This document shows positions 51,111 through 64,000 of a DNA stretch of 64,000 nucleotides, piece after piece. The first letter of the stretch is position 1. Every line of letters starts with the position of its first letter. The notes under the pieces were generated by a model. That model had not been told where the DNA came from. It made no database searches and worked only from the letters and a program-made list of their open reading frames with translations. The DNA comes from Camelus ferus (Eukaryota), in the NCBI RefSeq assembly GCF_009834535.1, contig NC_045697.1:111044001-111108000 (forward strand). The letters run 5' to 3'. The position numbers and the translations under genes are program-made.

Positions 51111-51513
51111 TGTTATGGACTGAATTGTGTCCCTCAAAATGCTTATGTTGAGTCCCTAACTGCAGTTTGACTATATTCAGAGGTAGGGCCTTTAAGGAGG
51201 TAATTAAGGTTAAATGAGGTCACCAGGATGGGTCCCTAGTGACATAGGACTGGTGTCCTTATAAGAAACGGAGGAGGACACTAGAAATAGATCTCTCTCT
51301 CATTTTCTCTCTCTCTCTCCAAGAATGGGTCATGTGAAGACAATTTGAGAAGGGGACCATCTGCAAGCCAGAAGAGGGTCCTTACCAGGAAGCAAAACTG
51401 TTGGCACTTTGATCTTGCACTTCAAGCCTCCAGAACTATGAGAAAATAAATTTCTGTTTTTTAAGCCACCCAGTATGTGGCATTTTGTTATGGCAGCCCA
51501 AGCTACTAATGTA
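51111..51513 (+). mobile_element. MaLR solo LTR, MLT1A/MLT1B-type, full length
   Basis: TGTTATGGACTGAATTGTGTCCC...GCCTCCAGAACTATGAGAAAATAAATTTCTG...TTTGTTATGGCAGCCC. Perfect 5-bp TSD TCATT at 51106-51110 and 51514-51518. Confidence 0.93.
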
Positions 51514-52579
51514 TCATTCCTGTTGGGGATTTAATGACACCCAAAAACATGTTACATGTGCAAAGAATTAGGAAAAGGAATATTTGATTCCATAGGGCAG
51601 AACTTAGAGCTCTCGCAGATAAATGACTGGGAAAGACTAGCAACATAGGTTTCTGATTGGATCAGATCTACTTCTCTATGCTCATCTCTTGCCTACTTTG
51701 TCCTGAGGCTGTCAATAGCAAGATATTTGTGATAAAACACATGTTTTGGGTGGTCTCATTCTCAGATGGGAGACTGAGTCATAGAAAAACTGGGTGCTAA
51801 GAAACCAAGACTCCAACTAACAGTGTACTCCCATGTTTTGTGCTTCTACCTCTGTGTTCTCTTCCATCTTCAACTCCAGCTAAGTATGACTTCACAATTT
51901 GAAAAAGCCAGGCCTCCAGCAGCAGCAGGCGGGCTTGGCCGAGCGCTCCGTCAGCCGCAGCTGGCCCCGGGTTCTTATCGTGACAGTAGTCTGAGTGGGC
52001 TTTTTATTGACTGTGTGCTTCACTGTGACCATTACTGTTTGTTTTTCTAATATGGTACAGTAACACTAAAATGCTTAAAAAAGAGACTAAGCTGAGCGAT
52101 TTGGGTTTTAAGATACCAGGAGATTTTATTAGCTTTGTATTTCTAAAACATTTGGGGTCTCTGGAGTAACCACTTAATCATTTCCAATGCTTAACGATGT
52201 GTGAGAGAAGCATTTCTCTTCCCCCATCTTCCATTTCTAGACATCCATCCTTTCAGTATCCCGAATCACTAGAACATTTTTTTCTCTCTCTTGGCCAACG
52301 GCAGAAATCAAGGATAGTACAAAAACATTCAAGTTGGTCAGCTGCCAGTGAATTCTGCTGCCAGCGAAGTTCTACCACTGGGCTGTTTACGGTGTATCAC
52401 CACGCCCAGGGACTGTCGCCTACTTCAGAGGGCAGAGAGACTATTTTGTCATTCTATACCCTCATGATTCGAATTGTGCAAACACAGGGTTCCAAGAGGA
52501 GCAGGTTTTTTTTTTGTTGTTTTTTTTGTTTTTTTTTTTTGCCTCCGCGGTAATAACAACAATAAAAAAAGAGTTCATT

Positions 52580-52990
52580 TTTTTTAAACTTAACATCAAA
52601 ATTTTAAGTGTACCAAATAACAAAAGCCAGTATAATCAAAGTTAAAGGAGACAGTAGCCTGGGAGAAATCAATTACAACATATATAACTGATAACAAAGT
52701 TATACCCAGAATATATACAGGTCACCTGCCATTAAATATGAAACAACAAAAAACTATCATTTAGAAAAATTATAATATAATATAATTACCTTGTAAGTAT
52801 ATAAAATAATGCCCAATATTTTCAACCAAAGTTATAAAAGTTATAATATTAACTTTTTTTATAAGTATTGGCATAGGTCAAAATATTTTATACGATCAAA
52901 GCTCGGCAAAGTCTCGAGGACATTGGCATTACTATTTACTGCTGGGTGGTATGATTGGTTTAGCTCTTGGTAAGTCACTTAGGCAGCAGA
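52580..52990 (+). mobile_element. Ancient L1 (L1ME-type) remnant
   Basis: ATCAAAATTTTAAG...AAAGTTAAAGGAGACAG...CCTGGGAGAAA...ATACCCAGAATATATA. Confidence 0.6.
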
Positions 52991-55900
52991 GTGAACATCT
53001 TTCATATTCATGGCTACCAATCAAGTTTGACTAGCTTTTTCCCCACTGAGGGATATTTCAACATTATATTTAAAAAGAATTTATTTTGTATACCTGCATT
53101 CTGATTCTTTGTGTGGGGAAATTTGTGTTCTGTTTGTCACTGATGTTTATCTTTAAAATTAATTTTGTGTAGCATAGACAACACCTAAAAATCAGCTACT
53201 ATAGAGCTGATTCAATTTACAGAAATCTTAGATGGAATAAATTTACATGAATTCTTTTTTAAAAATCTCCTGCTTTCAAAACCACATATAAAATAATCCC
53301 TTTATAACACACCTGGTTTTCAGAAGCACATCATGTAAATCCAGGTGTACTATATGCCTTTTGACTCATTTATTACATGTTAACAGAAGATGCCCAGTAA
53401 GTATTTGCAGGTGACAAGGGTAATTTTGAATGCATTCTGTGCCAAAGAAATCCAAGTGAGGCGTGGCTACTTCCCAAATCACTAGATATCTGGCTCCAGT
53501 TTTAAATATGTGATGGCTAGCTTTACTGAGGGGACTAGACAGAGTTTACTGGAGGAGATGGCCAGAATTTGGAAGTGGAATACTGCTGGCTGTCAGCCCT
53601 GTTTCTAGTAACTACCCCACCCTGTTGTTCCCAAGAGAATAAATGGATACTTGATAGCTGAGCAGGTGGCATGGGCTGCAGTAATAAACAGCTCCTTTCC
53701 TGTAAGGGAGCAGTGGTCTAGGTTTATGGACCCATGAGCTTTCCTATGGGGAAGCCATTATGTCCAGTTAAAACTGTAACTGAAAACATCCATCTCTATC
53801 CACTTCTCAGTAATTCGACTCATGCGTAGTCCAAAATCCCTCAGCACTGCTCCCCCTCTCAATGCATTTGAACACACGTACAATCCACTTCTATGCTGAA
53901 AGATAGCTTTGGGACATCTAAAAGTTATTTGGTTTGTCTGGGTTATTTAGAAGTGCCTGTGGATTTAGTTCACCTGCAAGTTAATGTTGGGGAAAGGAAG
54001 TGGATTGAGATTCAATGGGCCTCGTTCCCTATTTTTCATGTGTTTACTTCCTCTGCTTCCCTAATGAACTCCATAGCTTTGGAATTCCAAACCATTAAAA
54101 GGAATTAAGACACAGGCTCATTATTTAAAGCCAAAAGGTTATAATCAACTCCCTTCCAACAATCAACCAATATCCTTTTGTTTACTTGAAATATAACAGG
54201 AAAACACTACCGTGTGCCTAAGTGACTTGGGGAGTTATTTTCATAATTGCTTGTTGAATTTTCCTAATTAATCAGAAGACTTTGGCACAAAGGGTTCAAC
54301 TGTTGAACCTGAGACACAGGGCTGGCAGAAAATTTGTCAGCAGAAATTGTCTTTTGTGCAATCTATGCGCTACCTGGCACAAAAAGTACTTTGTAAATCT
54401 TGATTATGATTGCAACACAATGGTTAATTAGCTGGGCTTTTCTTTGTCCTTACAAACTTCTTTAGGCTCTTTGACATAAATGAATTAAAGAATGATAGTT
54501 TCCCTACTTTTGTATGCAAAAAAAAAAAAAAAAAAAAAAGAGAGCGAGTTTGCGTTGTTTTCCAAAGGATATCCCTTGTGCTGACAGTATTCCATGGCGT
54601 GAGCCCCGTGTTACCACAGCCAAAGTCCCAAGCTGGCCAAAGAAAACGCTGACCCTACTGGACTTGAGTAGGTCAAGGAGTTTTATGTGAATGGAGAGTG
54701 ACTGTAAAGTTAATCTCTTATTTATGTTACACTGTGATAATCCTGCCTAAGAGTTATAGCGGCCACAAAAGTCAGGAAGTTGAAAAGAACTAACAGTAAA
54801 AAGAAAAAAAATTCTTAGACCATCTTTTTGTTTTGTCTTGTTATTGGTATAAACTTGACGACGGGTTTGTTCAAAGAGCATTTTTTTGTTAAGTCTAACT
54901 AAATGCATATATTTAATAATGTATCTTTAAATGGATACAAAATAGGATATTCTGAACTGTAAATTAAGAAAAAATGAATTTACGTAACACATAATTTTAA
55001 AACATTATACAAAGTGGGATCCTAACTTGGAAAGCATTCTGAGAAATTATCTCAGAAATTATTTATGACTTTAATTTTTCAAAGACTTGAGTTAAACAAA
55101 GTTGGCAAGGAGTAATTTTAAAAATGGTTTTGCAGTTTAAAGAAGTTCCTTTATAGATATTGTCAGTAAAGACACAGTAAAAGGAAACATTTAAGCCTGC
55201 TGTGAAATATTCAGGTTAGATGAGGAATAATTTCCTTTGGGAACTTACTCATTGGAATAAGCCACCAAAAGTAAGCTCTAAATCCTTTTTCTCTAGTGGT
55301 CTTTCAAAACATGATACATTTCTTCTCTTTTGAACAGTGTTGTGGTGAAGATGGCTAATCACAAAGAATTATTTCAGGAAGAGTAAGAGTTTTTCTGGCT
55401 AGGCATATGATTTTATTTCTTCAGAAGTACTTAAGATGGGAATAAAACATTAGATTCCAATAGAGTAATAGAAAACAAGCAAAGTTTTATAGAAGCATTA
55501 ATTGTTTCACAGAAAATTAACATCTCCAGGCATTCGTGTTGTTGCTGCAAACTCCATAAAATTGTTAGTGTAGATTTTGGCTTATTTGCTACATGAGTCT
55601 AAGAGTCCCTGAACTCTTATTTGTAATCTCAAGAAATTATAGAGCTTTTAAAATCTTAACCATGATCAGTACCATTTCTAGTTGAATATGGCTTGTTTAT
55701 GAAAACTACTGGTCATATGTCATTCAGAAAAGTTCCCAGAAAATGAAGTTAGATATTAAAATTGTCATGGGATTATTTTTGGAGTAATTTCATCAATCAG
55801 AAAATGCTTCACTATTGAATGGACACAGGTTTAAATCCTGTAATGTAATTTTATATTAATCTCAAGGATGCAGTGGTCTTCTGAAGGCTTCTTCCTCTCC

Positions 55901-56039
55901 CAATGGCCATGCCACAATTTCCCAGTAAAGTAGATCAAAGCAACTCATAGATGCATGCTTATTTCTCTATACATCTTTGTAATGAATGCGTATGTGTGAC
56001 AAAGAAGATATTATTGGAAAAATAAGAGAAAAAAAGGAT

Positions 56040-56340
56040 GACGAGAGACCTGAAGGTACACATGCCTAGAAGGGAAGGGAAAATAAGGAAATGTCAGCTG
56101 AACAGACAGGAGTCTCAGCGGTGTTAGGAGAGACAGAACATTACAGTGCCCTGTGAAGTAAGCGAGGAGAAGTGTCAGTAAGGACAGGGATATACACACC
56201 AGTCAAGATCTAAAAAGAAACCAAGATGAGGACTGAGTCAGGCCATTAGATTTGACAGTGAAGATATTATTGGTGACCTTCCTGATCAGAGACTGAAGTG
56301 GATGGGAGAGAAAGACAAGTGAGGAATTAGAGAGAACAGT
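56040..56340 (-). mobile_element. L2 remnant
   Basis: AAGATGAGGACTGAG...GGCCATTAGATTTGACA...ATTGGTGACCTT. Confidence 0.65.
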
Positions 56341-57399
56341 AATCTTGGTATTTTACTGGATCTTTTACAGTTGGAGGTGGACAGTGGAAGCATCCTAAGG
56401 AAGAGAAGAATCAGACACACAAAGGATGGAACGAAGACTCCCACACTGCCCAATGGGAGTCTGCAAGGGGACTTAGAACAAATCCCCCCCGCCCCGAGAG
56501 CCCGAGCACAATGGCGGATTCGTGCGTCTCTTCCTGAAAGTGTTTATGGTGTAATTTTTTAAATAACATCCATATTTTATAGTGTGATTTTTATATTATT
56601 TATTATTTTCTAAACTGAAACACAAGGCACATGATCTCTATATTAGTACCTTCACTGGCTTATAGCGACAGAGGTTTATGTTTTTATGCACATACATGCG
56701 AGCTGCACGTATGCTTTTAATTTGTGGATGCACAATGACAGATGGCCTCAATCTGGACATGATGTGTTCAGAGCAGGAGGAGGAGAACTGTGATGGAAAC
56801 TCACAGTGGCTTGTAAACTTCTGCTCCGACATGGCAGACATCACTCCATTCACATTTAATTGATCAAAGCAAGACACCCTCCTAAGAGATGGGGTGCAAA
56901 AGTGTAATTCTGTCACAGGGAGGGCAGAGAACACTTGATAAAATACACTCTATCACAACTTTGAAATTTTGGAAAGCATAAACTGTATAGAGAAAATTAA
57001 AAATTTCTACATCTTTTCAAATAGTTCACTGATAGGATCATAACATGAATATAATTTGTACCTTAATTTTAAATTAATATTACATTATATATTTTCCTCC
57101 AGGTCATTGAGTATTTTTAAACTGTGATTTTCAAGGGAGGTACATTATTCCATTGTCTGGACACATTTTTCTAGTCATTCCCTTGATTTTTCTGCTCTTT
57201 CTTTTTTGTTTATTAGTATACTGTCATTCAATATTTTGAGACACATTTCCTAAGCTATTTTTCAGTTCACACTGTGAGGAATGCTAATGACCTGAAACAA
57301 ATGCCACCACACCTTTAAAAATGGCTGTTCATCCTTCTTTTCCAGACAAGTTAATACTCTATTTAGAAAATAAGATTGTTTCTGTGTGATACCCTGACA

Positions 57400-57607
57400 A
57401 CAGTGACATCTGGCTTCCCTCAGAGCAGGTGATCAGAGAAGTCATGGTGCCTTTCGTAACCTGGGGCCGAAGCCACACACTGCCATTTATACAATATCCC
57501 AGTGACTTAGCGGGTCTACCCTACCCACTATGAGAGGGAACTATTTGAGGATGCGATGACCACAATTTGCAGGCCATTGGGGGCCATTGTGAAGGCTAGC
57601 TACAACA
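57400..57607 (-). mobile_element. MaLR LTR fragment (MLT1F/G/H-like)
   Basis: CTGGCTTCCCTCAGAGCAGGTGATC...GGGGCCATTGTGAAGGCTAGCTACAACA. Confidence 0.7.
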
Positions 57608-57614
57608 AAGTGCA

Positions 57615-58150
57615 TCAAAGGAATACAATCAAAAGAAAGATGAGAGCAGCTAAGTTCATACCAGACAAAACTGACTTTAAAATCAAATTCTTAAGGATTA
57701 GGAAAGATCATTGAATAATGATAAAAGTTTGAGTGTATGAAGAAGATCTAACAAATCTAAACTCAGATGCCTATAGGGAAAAATTAGTCTTAAAATATGG
57801 GATAAAAGAGCATAGTAACAAAAGGGAAGAAATGTTAATCCACCAACAGGGATAAATTTCAACATATTCAGCATTCAGTTATTGACAATTCAAACAGTCA
57901 AAAATTAGTAAAGACAGAGAATACCTGAACAACAGGATTAGCAAATTTGATTTCTTCGTGAAACAATTAGAGGATATACAATATCTTATGCATACATAAA
58001 GTGTTTATAAGAATTAACCGTACATTAGCCCAAAGTCAGAGTGAAGGTAATTTAAAAACTCACTTTATGAGACCATGTTCTCTGGACACAGTACAATTAA
58101 AAAAACAACAATAACAACATATATCTGTAATCTAAAAACACATTTCTAAA
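57615..58150 (+). mobile_element. Ancient L1 ORF2 endonuclease-region remnant
   Basis: CAGACAAAACTGACTTTAAA...ATAATGATAAAAG...AAAATTAGTAAAGACAGAGAA...ACCATGTTCTCTG. Confidence 0.75.
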
Positions 58151-58152
58151 TA

Positions 58153-59210
58153 CAGACATACCTTGTTTTATTGGACATCACTTTATTGTGCTTGGCAGAT
58201 ATTGCATTTTTTTTTTACAAATTGAAGGTTTGTGGCAACCCTGCAATGAGCAAGGAAGGTCATTTTGCCAACAGCATTTGCTCACTTCATGTCTCTGCGT
58301 TATATTTTGATAATTCTTGCAATGTTTCAAACTTTCTCATAATTATTATATTTGTTATGGTGATCTGTGGTAAGTGATCTTTGATGTTACTATTGTAGTT
58401 ATTTGGGGATGCCAAGAACCATGTAAGAAGGTGAACTGAATTGATAAATGTTGTGTATCTTCTGACTGTTCCACCCACCAGCCATTTCCTGTCTCTTTCC
58501 CTCTCCTCAGGCCTCTCAATTTTGTGAGATGCAACAATATTGAAATAAGGCCAGTTAATAACTCTACAATGGCCTCTAGTGTTCAAATGAAAAGAAAAGC
58601 CTCATGTCTCTTTACTTGAAATTAAAAGCTAGAAATGATTAAGCTCAGTGAGGAAGGCATGCTGAAAGCCAAGACAGGCCAAAAGTTAGGCCTCTTGTGC
58701 CAAGCAGTTAGTCAAGTTGTGCAGGCAAAGGAAAAGTTCCTGAAGGATATTGAAGGTGCTACTTCAGTTAATATATAAATGTTAAGAAAGGAAACATCCC
58801 ATTGCTGACATGGAGAAAGTTTGAGTGGTCTGGATGGATCAAGCCAGCCACAATATTCCTTTAAGCCAAAGCTTAATCCAGAGCAAGGTCCCAACTCTCT
58901 TCAATTCTGTGAAGGTTGAGAGAGGAGACGAAGCTCCAGAAGAAAAGTCTGAAGGTAGCAGAGTTTGGTTTATGAGGTCTAAGGAAAGAAACCTACTCTA
59001 TAACATTACAGTACAAGATGAAGCAGCAATTGCAGATGTAGAAGCTGCAGCAAATTATCCAGAAGATCTAACTCAGATCCTTAATGAAGGTGGCTACACT
59101 ATACAACAGATTGTCTGTGTAGATATAACATCCTTATACCGGAAGAAGATGCCGTCTGAGACTCACAGCTAGAATGGAAAACGCCTGGCTTCAAAGCATC
59201 GAAGGACAAG
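58153..59210 (+). mobile_element. Tigger1 (TcMar-Tigger) 5' portion: left TIR plus decayed transposase (ATG at 58569), interrupted by L1
   Basis: TA|CAGACATACCTTGTTTTATTG TIR; ATGGCCTCTA...; [15 protein letters not shown] 58825-59172 contains [17 protein letters not shown] and [13 protein letters not shown]. Confidence 0.96.
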
Positions 59211-59211
59211 G

Positions 59212-62200
59212 ATGGCTTTGGAACTCTACAGTTGGAAGAGTAGAAAGACTCTGAGCATACCTTCTCCCACAAGCACACCAAAACTAAAAGTATTTGCAGA
59301 GCAACTATCTCTGAGAATGACTTGAAGACTAGCAGAAAAGATTTTCCACAACTAAAGGTGTGAAGGAAGAACCATGATGAGACTAGTAGAAGTGAAGAGC
59401 GGTACAGTAAAGGACCACGCTGCCAGGTGCAGTTCACAAAAAAGAAGGATAATCACAAGGAGTGAGGGGTCTGAGCCCCACACTGGGCTCTCCAGCCAGG
59501 GAGCCTTGCACCAGGAAGATGAACTCCCAGAATGTCTGGCTTTAAGGGCCAGAGAGGCTTATGTATAAGAGAGCAAGAGGGGTATGAGAAACAGAGACAC
59601 TGTTCTTAAAGGGTTTATGCAAAAATCTCACATGCTTTGGGGCCAAAAGTAGAGGCAACAATGTGAAAGGACCCTGAGTCAGACCCAGTGTTGATATTGG
59701 AGAGACTTCCTGAGAGGCAGGGGGTAACTGAGACTCCCCATGGTGACATGGATGCTGGTGGCTTGCATTTTGGGAAGCTGGTCCTACCATAAGGATACTG
59801 GTGCTGGCAAGTGCCATTTTGGATTTCTCTCTCTAGAATATTATTGCTGGGAGCTTACCTGTTGGTGCCAGTCTTGGGACCACACTAGGCTGAATAGCCA
59901 GCTGCCCCATTCCATGGCCCTGACCACCAGAGGGCTGGGATCAACCCTTTGACACCCCAGGCTATGCAGCTAGCTATGCAGGGACCCAACCTGTCCACAG
60001 GTGGGCTGGCAGTCACTGCAAAGGCAGGGCCTAGCAGTCAACCGGGCCAGGGGCCAGACCTGCCTACCCACATTCCCATAGCAGTCAGCCCCACCACAGC
60101 AGAAGGCCCCACACAGCCCACACAGAGCACACCACTAGAGCATATAACGCTGGTGACAAGAGGTTAGTGTGCTGCTGGGCCTCACCGGATGTCTCCTTCA
60201 CAAAATGATTTCTCCAAGATTGGGAGATATAACCTACCTACCTAATACATAGAAATAAACACAGAGAACTAGGCAAAATGAAGAGACAGAGGAATATGTC
60301 CCCAACACAAGAAAAAGATAAAGCTCTAGAAGAAGAACTAAGCAAAGTGGAGATAAGCAATCTATCTGGTAAGAAGCGCAAGGAAATGATCATAAAGATG
60401 CTCAGTGAACTCAGGGGAGGAATGGATAAACAATGAGTTAGAAAATAGAAAGAAGAACCAAACAGATTTGAAGAATACAATAACCAAAAATTACAACAAA
60501 CAAACAAACAAACAAAACACTAGGAGTCAGGAGTAGATTAGATGATTCAGAGGAATGAATTACCAAACTGGAAGACAAAGTTGTGGAAATTATCTGAGCT
60601 AAATAGAAAATAGAAAAAATAATTTTTAAAAATGAATATAGTTTAAGAGAACTCTGAGGCAGTAACAAGCATCTAACATTCACATTACATGGGTCCTAGA
60701 AGGAGAAACCAGAAAGGGCATAGTACTTACTTGAAGAAATAATAGTTGAAAACTTCCCTAAAAATTGAGAAAAGAAACAGGCATGCAGATTCAGGAAGCA
60801 CAGAGAGTCCAAGAGAAGATGAACCCAGATATCATAATTAAAATGGCAAAAACATTAAAGATAAAGAAGAAGTCTTAAAAACAGAAAGAGAAGTGCAACA
60901 GGTACATACAAGGGGAATTCTATAAGTCTATCAGTTGAATTTTCAGCAGAAATTTTACAGGTTTGAAGGGAGTGGCGTGAAATAGTTAAAGTGATAGAAG
61001 TAAAGAATCTACAGTCAAAAATACTCTACCCATGAGGCTCTCATTCAGATTTGAATGAGAGATAAAGATTTTTACACATCAGCAAAAGCCACAAGAGTTC
61101 ATTACCACTAAATTGGCCTTGTAAGAAATGCTGCTTATGTGTAAAAGACAAAAGGAGTAAAATTATCTATATCCACAATAAATAGTTAAGATATACACAA
61201 AATAAAAATATGTAAAATATGATGTCAAAACATTACATGTGGTAGGGGGAGTAAAAGTTCAGGGTTATTAGAATGAATTCAACGTAAGAAATCATCATCT
61301 TAAAATAATCACATACATATGCATATACATATATATAATATATTATATATATATGTTGTTATATTTGAACCTCATGGTAACCACAAATTAAAAACCTATA
61401 ATGGACACAGAAACAAAACAGAGAAAAAAATCCAAAAATAAAACTCAAGATAGTCATTAATTCACAACAGAAGAGGGCAAAAAAAAAAAAAAAAAAAAAA
61501 AGGGAACAAAAAAAGAACTACAAAAACAACCTGAGAAAAATTTACAAAACAGCAATATGTGCATAGCTATCAATAATTACTTTAAAGTTAAATGGGGTAT
61601 ATGCTCCAATAAAAAGACAGGGTGGCTGAATGGATTAAAAAAAAAAAAGACCCATATTCATGTTGCCTTACAAGAGACTGACATCAAATCTAAAGACACA
61701 CAGAAAAAAAGAAAGGATGAAAAAAAATTATTCCATACAGATGGAAACAAAAAGCTGAGGTAGCAACATTTAAGCAAAATAAACTTTAAAACAAAGACTG
61801 CAACAAAAAACAGAGAAGAAAATTACACAACAATAAAGTGATCAATTCAACAAGAATATACAAAAATTGTAAATATGCACCCAACATAGGAGCACCTAAA
61901 TACATAAAGCAAATATTAACAAACATAAAGAGAGAAATTGGCAGTGCCTCAATAGTGGTAGGGGACTTTAACACCACACTTGTATCTCTGGACACATCAC
62001 CTGGACAGAAAATCAGTAAGGAAACAACGGCCTTAAATAACACATTAGACCAGATGGTCTTACTAGGTATATATAGACCATTTCATCCAAAACCAGCAGA
62101 ATACAGATTCTTTGAAGTGCACAGGGAACATTCTCCAGAATAGATCATATGCTATTTCTTAGAATAAATATAAGCAAATTGAAATCTTATCAAGCATCTT

Positions 62201-64000
62201 TTCTGATCACAAGATACGAGACAAGAAATCAACTATAAGAAAAAACTAAAAACACAAACACATGAAGACTAAACATCTGCTACTAAACAACAAATGGGTC
62301 ACTGAAGAGATCAAAAAGAAAATCAAAAAAATACCTGGAGATAAAAGAAAATGGCAACATCATGATCCAAAATCTACAGGATATGGAAAAAGCATTTCTA
62401 AGTGGGAAGTGTATAGTGATATAAGCTTACCTCGAGATATAAGAAAAATCTTGCATAAACAAATTAACCTCATACCTAACGGAACTAAAAAAAGAACAAC
62501 AAACAAAACCCAGTTAGTAGACTGAAAATAATAACAAAAAACAGAGCATAAATAAGTGAAATAGTGACCTAAAAAGCAATAGAAAAGATCAATTAAACTA
62601 AGAGCTGGTTCTTTGCAATGAATAACAAAATTGAGACGTTACAACCAACACCATAAAATTACCAAGAATCATAAGAGATTACTTACAATTATAGGTCAAT
62701 AAATGGACAAGCAAGAGGAATGTATAAATTCCTGAAAGTTTACAGTGTCCCAACAGTGAATCACAAAGAAGCAGAGAATATGAACAGACTGATTACCATA
62801 ATGAAATTGAGCTAGTAAAAAAAAAAAAGTTCCAGAAACAAAAGTGCAGAACTAGATGGCTTCAGAAGTGAACTCTACCAAACCATTTAAAGAAGAGTTA
62901 ACACCTATCCTTCTAAAATTATTCTAAAAAATTGAAGAGAAAGGAACATTTCTGAACTCATTCTACAAGGACTAATATAAAAACCAGACAGAAACACCAC
63001 AAAAAAGAAAATTATAATCCAGTATCACTGATTAACATAGATGTAAAAATCCTCAATGAAATATTAGCAAACTGAATCCAACAATATACAAAAAGAATCA
63101 TACACTATGATCAAGTGAGTTTTATACTACAGGAATGCAAAGATGGTTCAATATTCACAAATCAATCAATATGATATACCACATTAACAAAATGAGAAAA
63201 ATCATGTAATCATTTCAATAGATGCAGAAAAGGTATTTGACAAAATCCATCATCTATTCGTGATAAAAACTCTCAACAAAGTGGATACAGAGGGAATATA
63301 CCTCAACATTAAAAAGCATTATGACATTAAAACATTAAAAACATTAAACACTAAAAAACATTCTGACAAATCTACAGCTAATACCATGCTCAATGGTGAA
63401 AATCTGAAAGATTTTTCTCAATTCAGGAGCAAGACAAGGATGCCCACATTCACCACTTTTATTCAACTTAGAATTGGAAATCTTAATCACAGCAATCATA
63501 CAAGAAAAGGAAATAAAAGGAACCCAGATTGGAAAGGAATAGGTAAAACTGTCACTATTTGTAGATGACATCATATTATATAAAGTCCTAAAGACATCAT
63601 CAAAAAAACTATTAGAACTAATAAATGAATTCAGTAATGTTACAGGATGCAAAATTAACATACAGGAATCTGTTGTTTCCCTACACTTACAACAAATTAT
63701 CAAAAAGAGAAATTAAGAAAGCAGTCCAATTTTTAATCCCATTTACAGATTCAATGCAATCTCTATCAAAATACCAATGGCATTTTCCCCAGAAATAGAA
63801 TTATTCTAAATTCTATATAAAAACACAAAACACCCCAAATAGCCAAAGCAACCTTGAGAAAGAAGAATAAAGCTGGAGATATCATGCTCCCTGATTTCAA
63901 ACTGTACTACAGTACAGTACTGGCACAAACACAGAAAAATAGAAGAGTGGAACAGAAAAGAGAGCCCAGAAATAAGCCCTGACTCGTATGGCCAATTAAT
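59212..64000 (+). mobile_element. Near-full-length decayed L1 (5' UTR, ORF1 from ATG 60278, ORF2 from about 61550), running off the window end
   Basis: L1-type 5' UTR; ORF1 MKRQRNMS...; endonuclease YAPNIGAPKYIKQIL/VGDFNT; RT motif degenerated to FVDD at 63558-63569; many stops and frameshifts. Confidence 0.96.

Noticed and set aside
56371..56934. ORFs 56371-56562, 56678-56863 and 56638-56934 as coding exons
   Set aside because: An acceptor-like TTTTACAG precedes 56371, but the peptides match nothing I recognise and no donor or linkage is supportable.
58825..59172. 115-aa ORF as a domesticated TIGD-type gene
   Set aside because: Fragment of Tigger1 transposase with upstream frameshifts, truncated by an L1 insertion.

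Overview
AT-rich mammalian genomic DNA, most likely from a camelid (alpaca, llama or camel). That call rests on four copies of a tRNA-Ala-derived SINE matching the camelid vic-1 type and on cetartiodactyl-style L1 3' ends. I recognise no intact protein-coding gene. The supplied ORFs are decayed L1 ORF1/ORF2, decayed Tigger1 transposase, simple-repeat read-through or short chance ORFs. The window is a fossil record of transposable elements: L1s of several ages (a dense + strand pile at about 36-47.7 kb and a near-full-length copy from 59.2 kb to the window end, nested in Tigger1), ERV1 and MaLR/ERVL solo LTRs, MER33, MER58, MIR and L2. There is one 100-N assembly gap. A repeat-poor block at about 9.7-35.5 kb holds the most interesting unique-sequence signals: a CpG-rich patch with a strong splice acceptor, a chain of candidate + strand exons including a 15-nt microexon, a candidate minus-strand CCAAT/GC-box promoter and a G-quadruplex motif. 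All of these are hypotheses. I found no convincing previously undescribed biological system. Repeat subfamily names come from remembered consensus similarity, and boundaries without a TSD are approximate.
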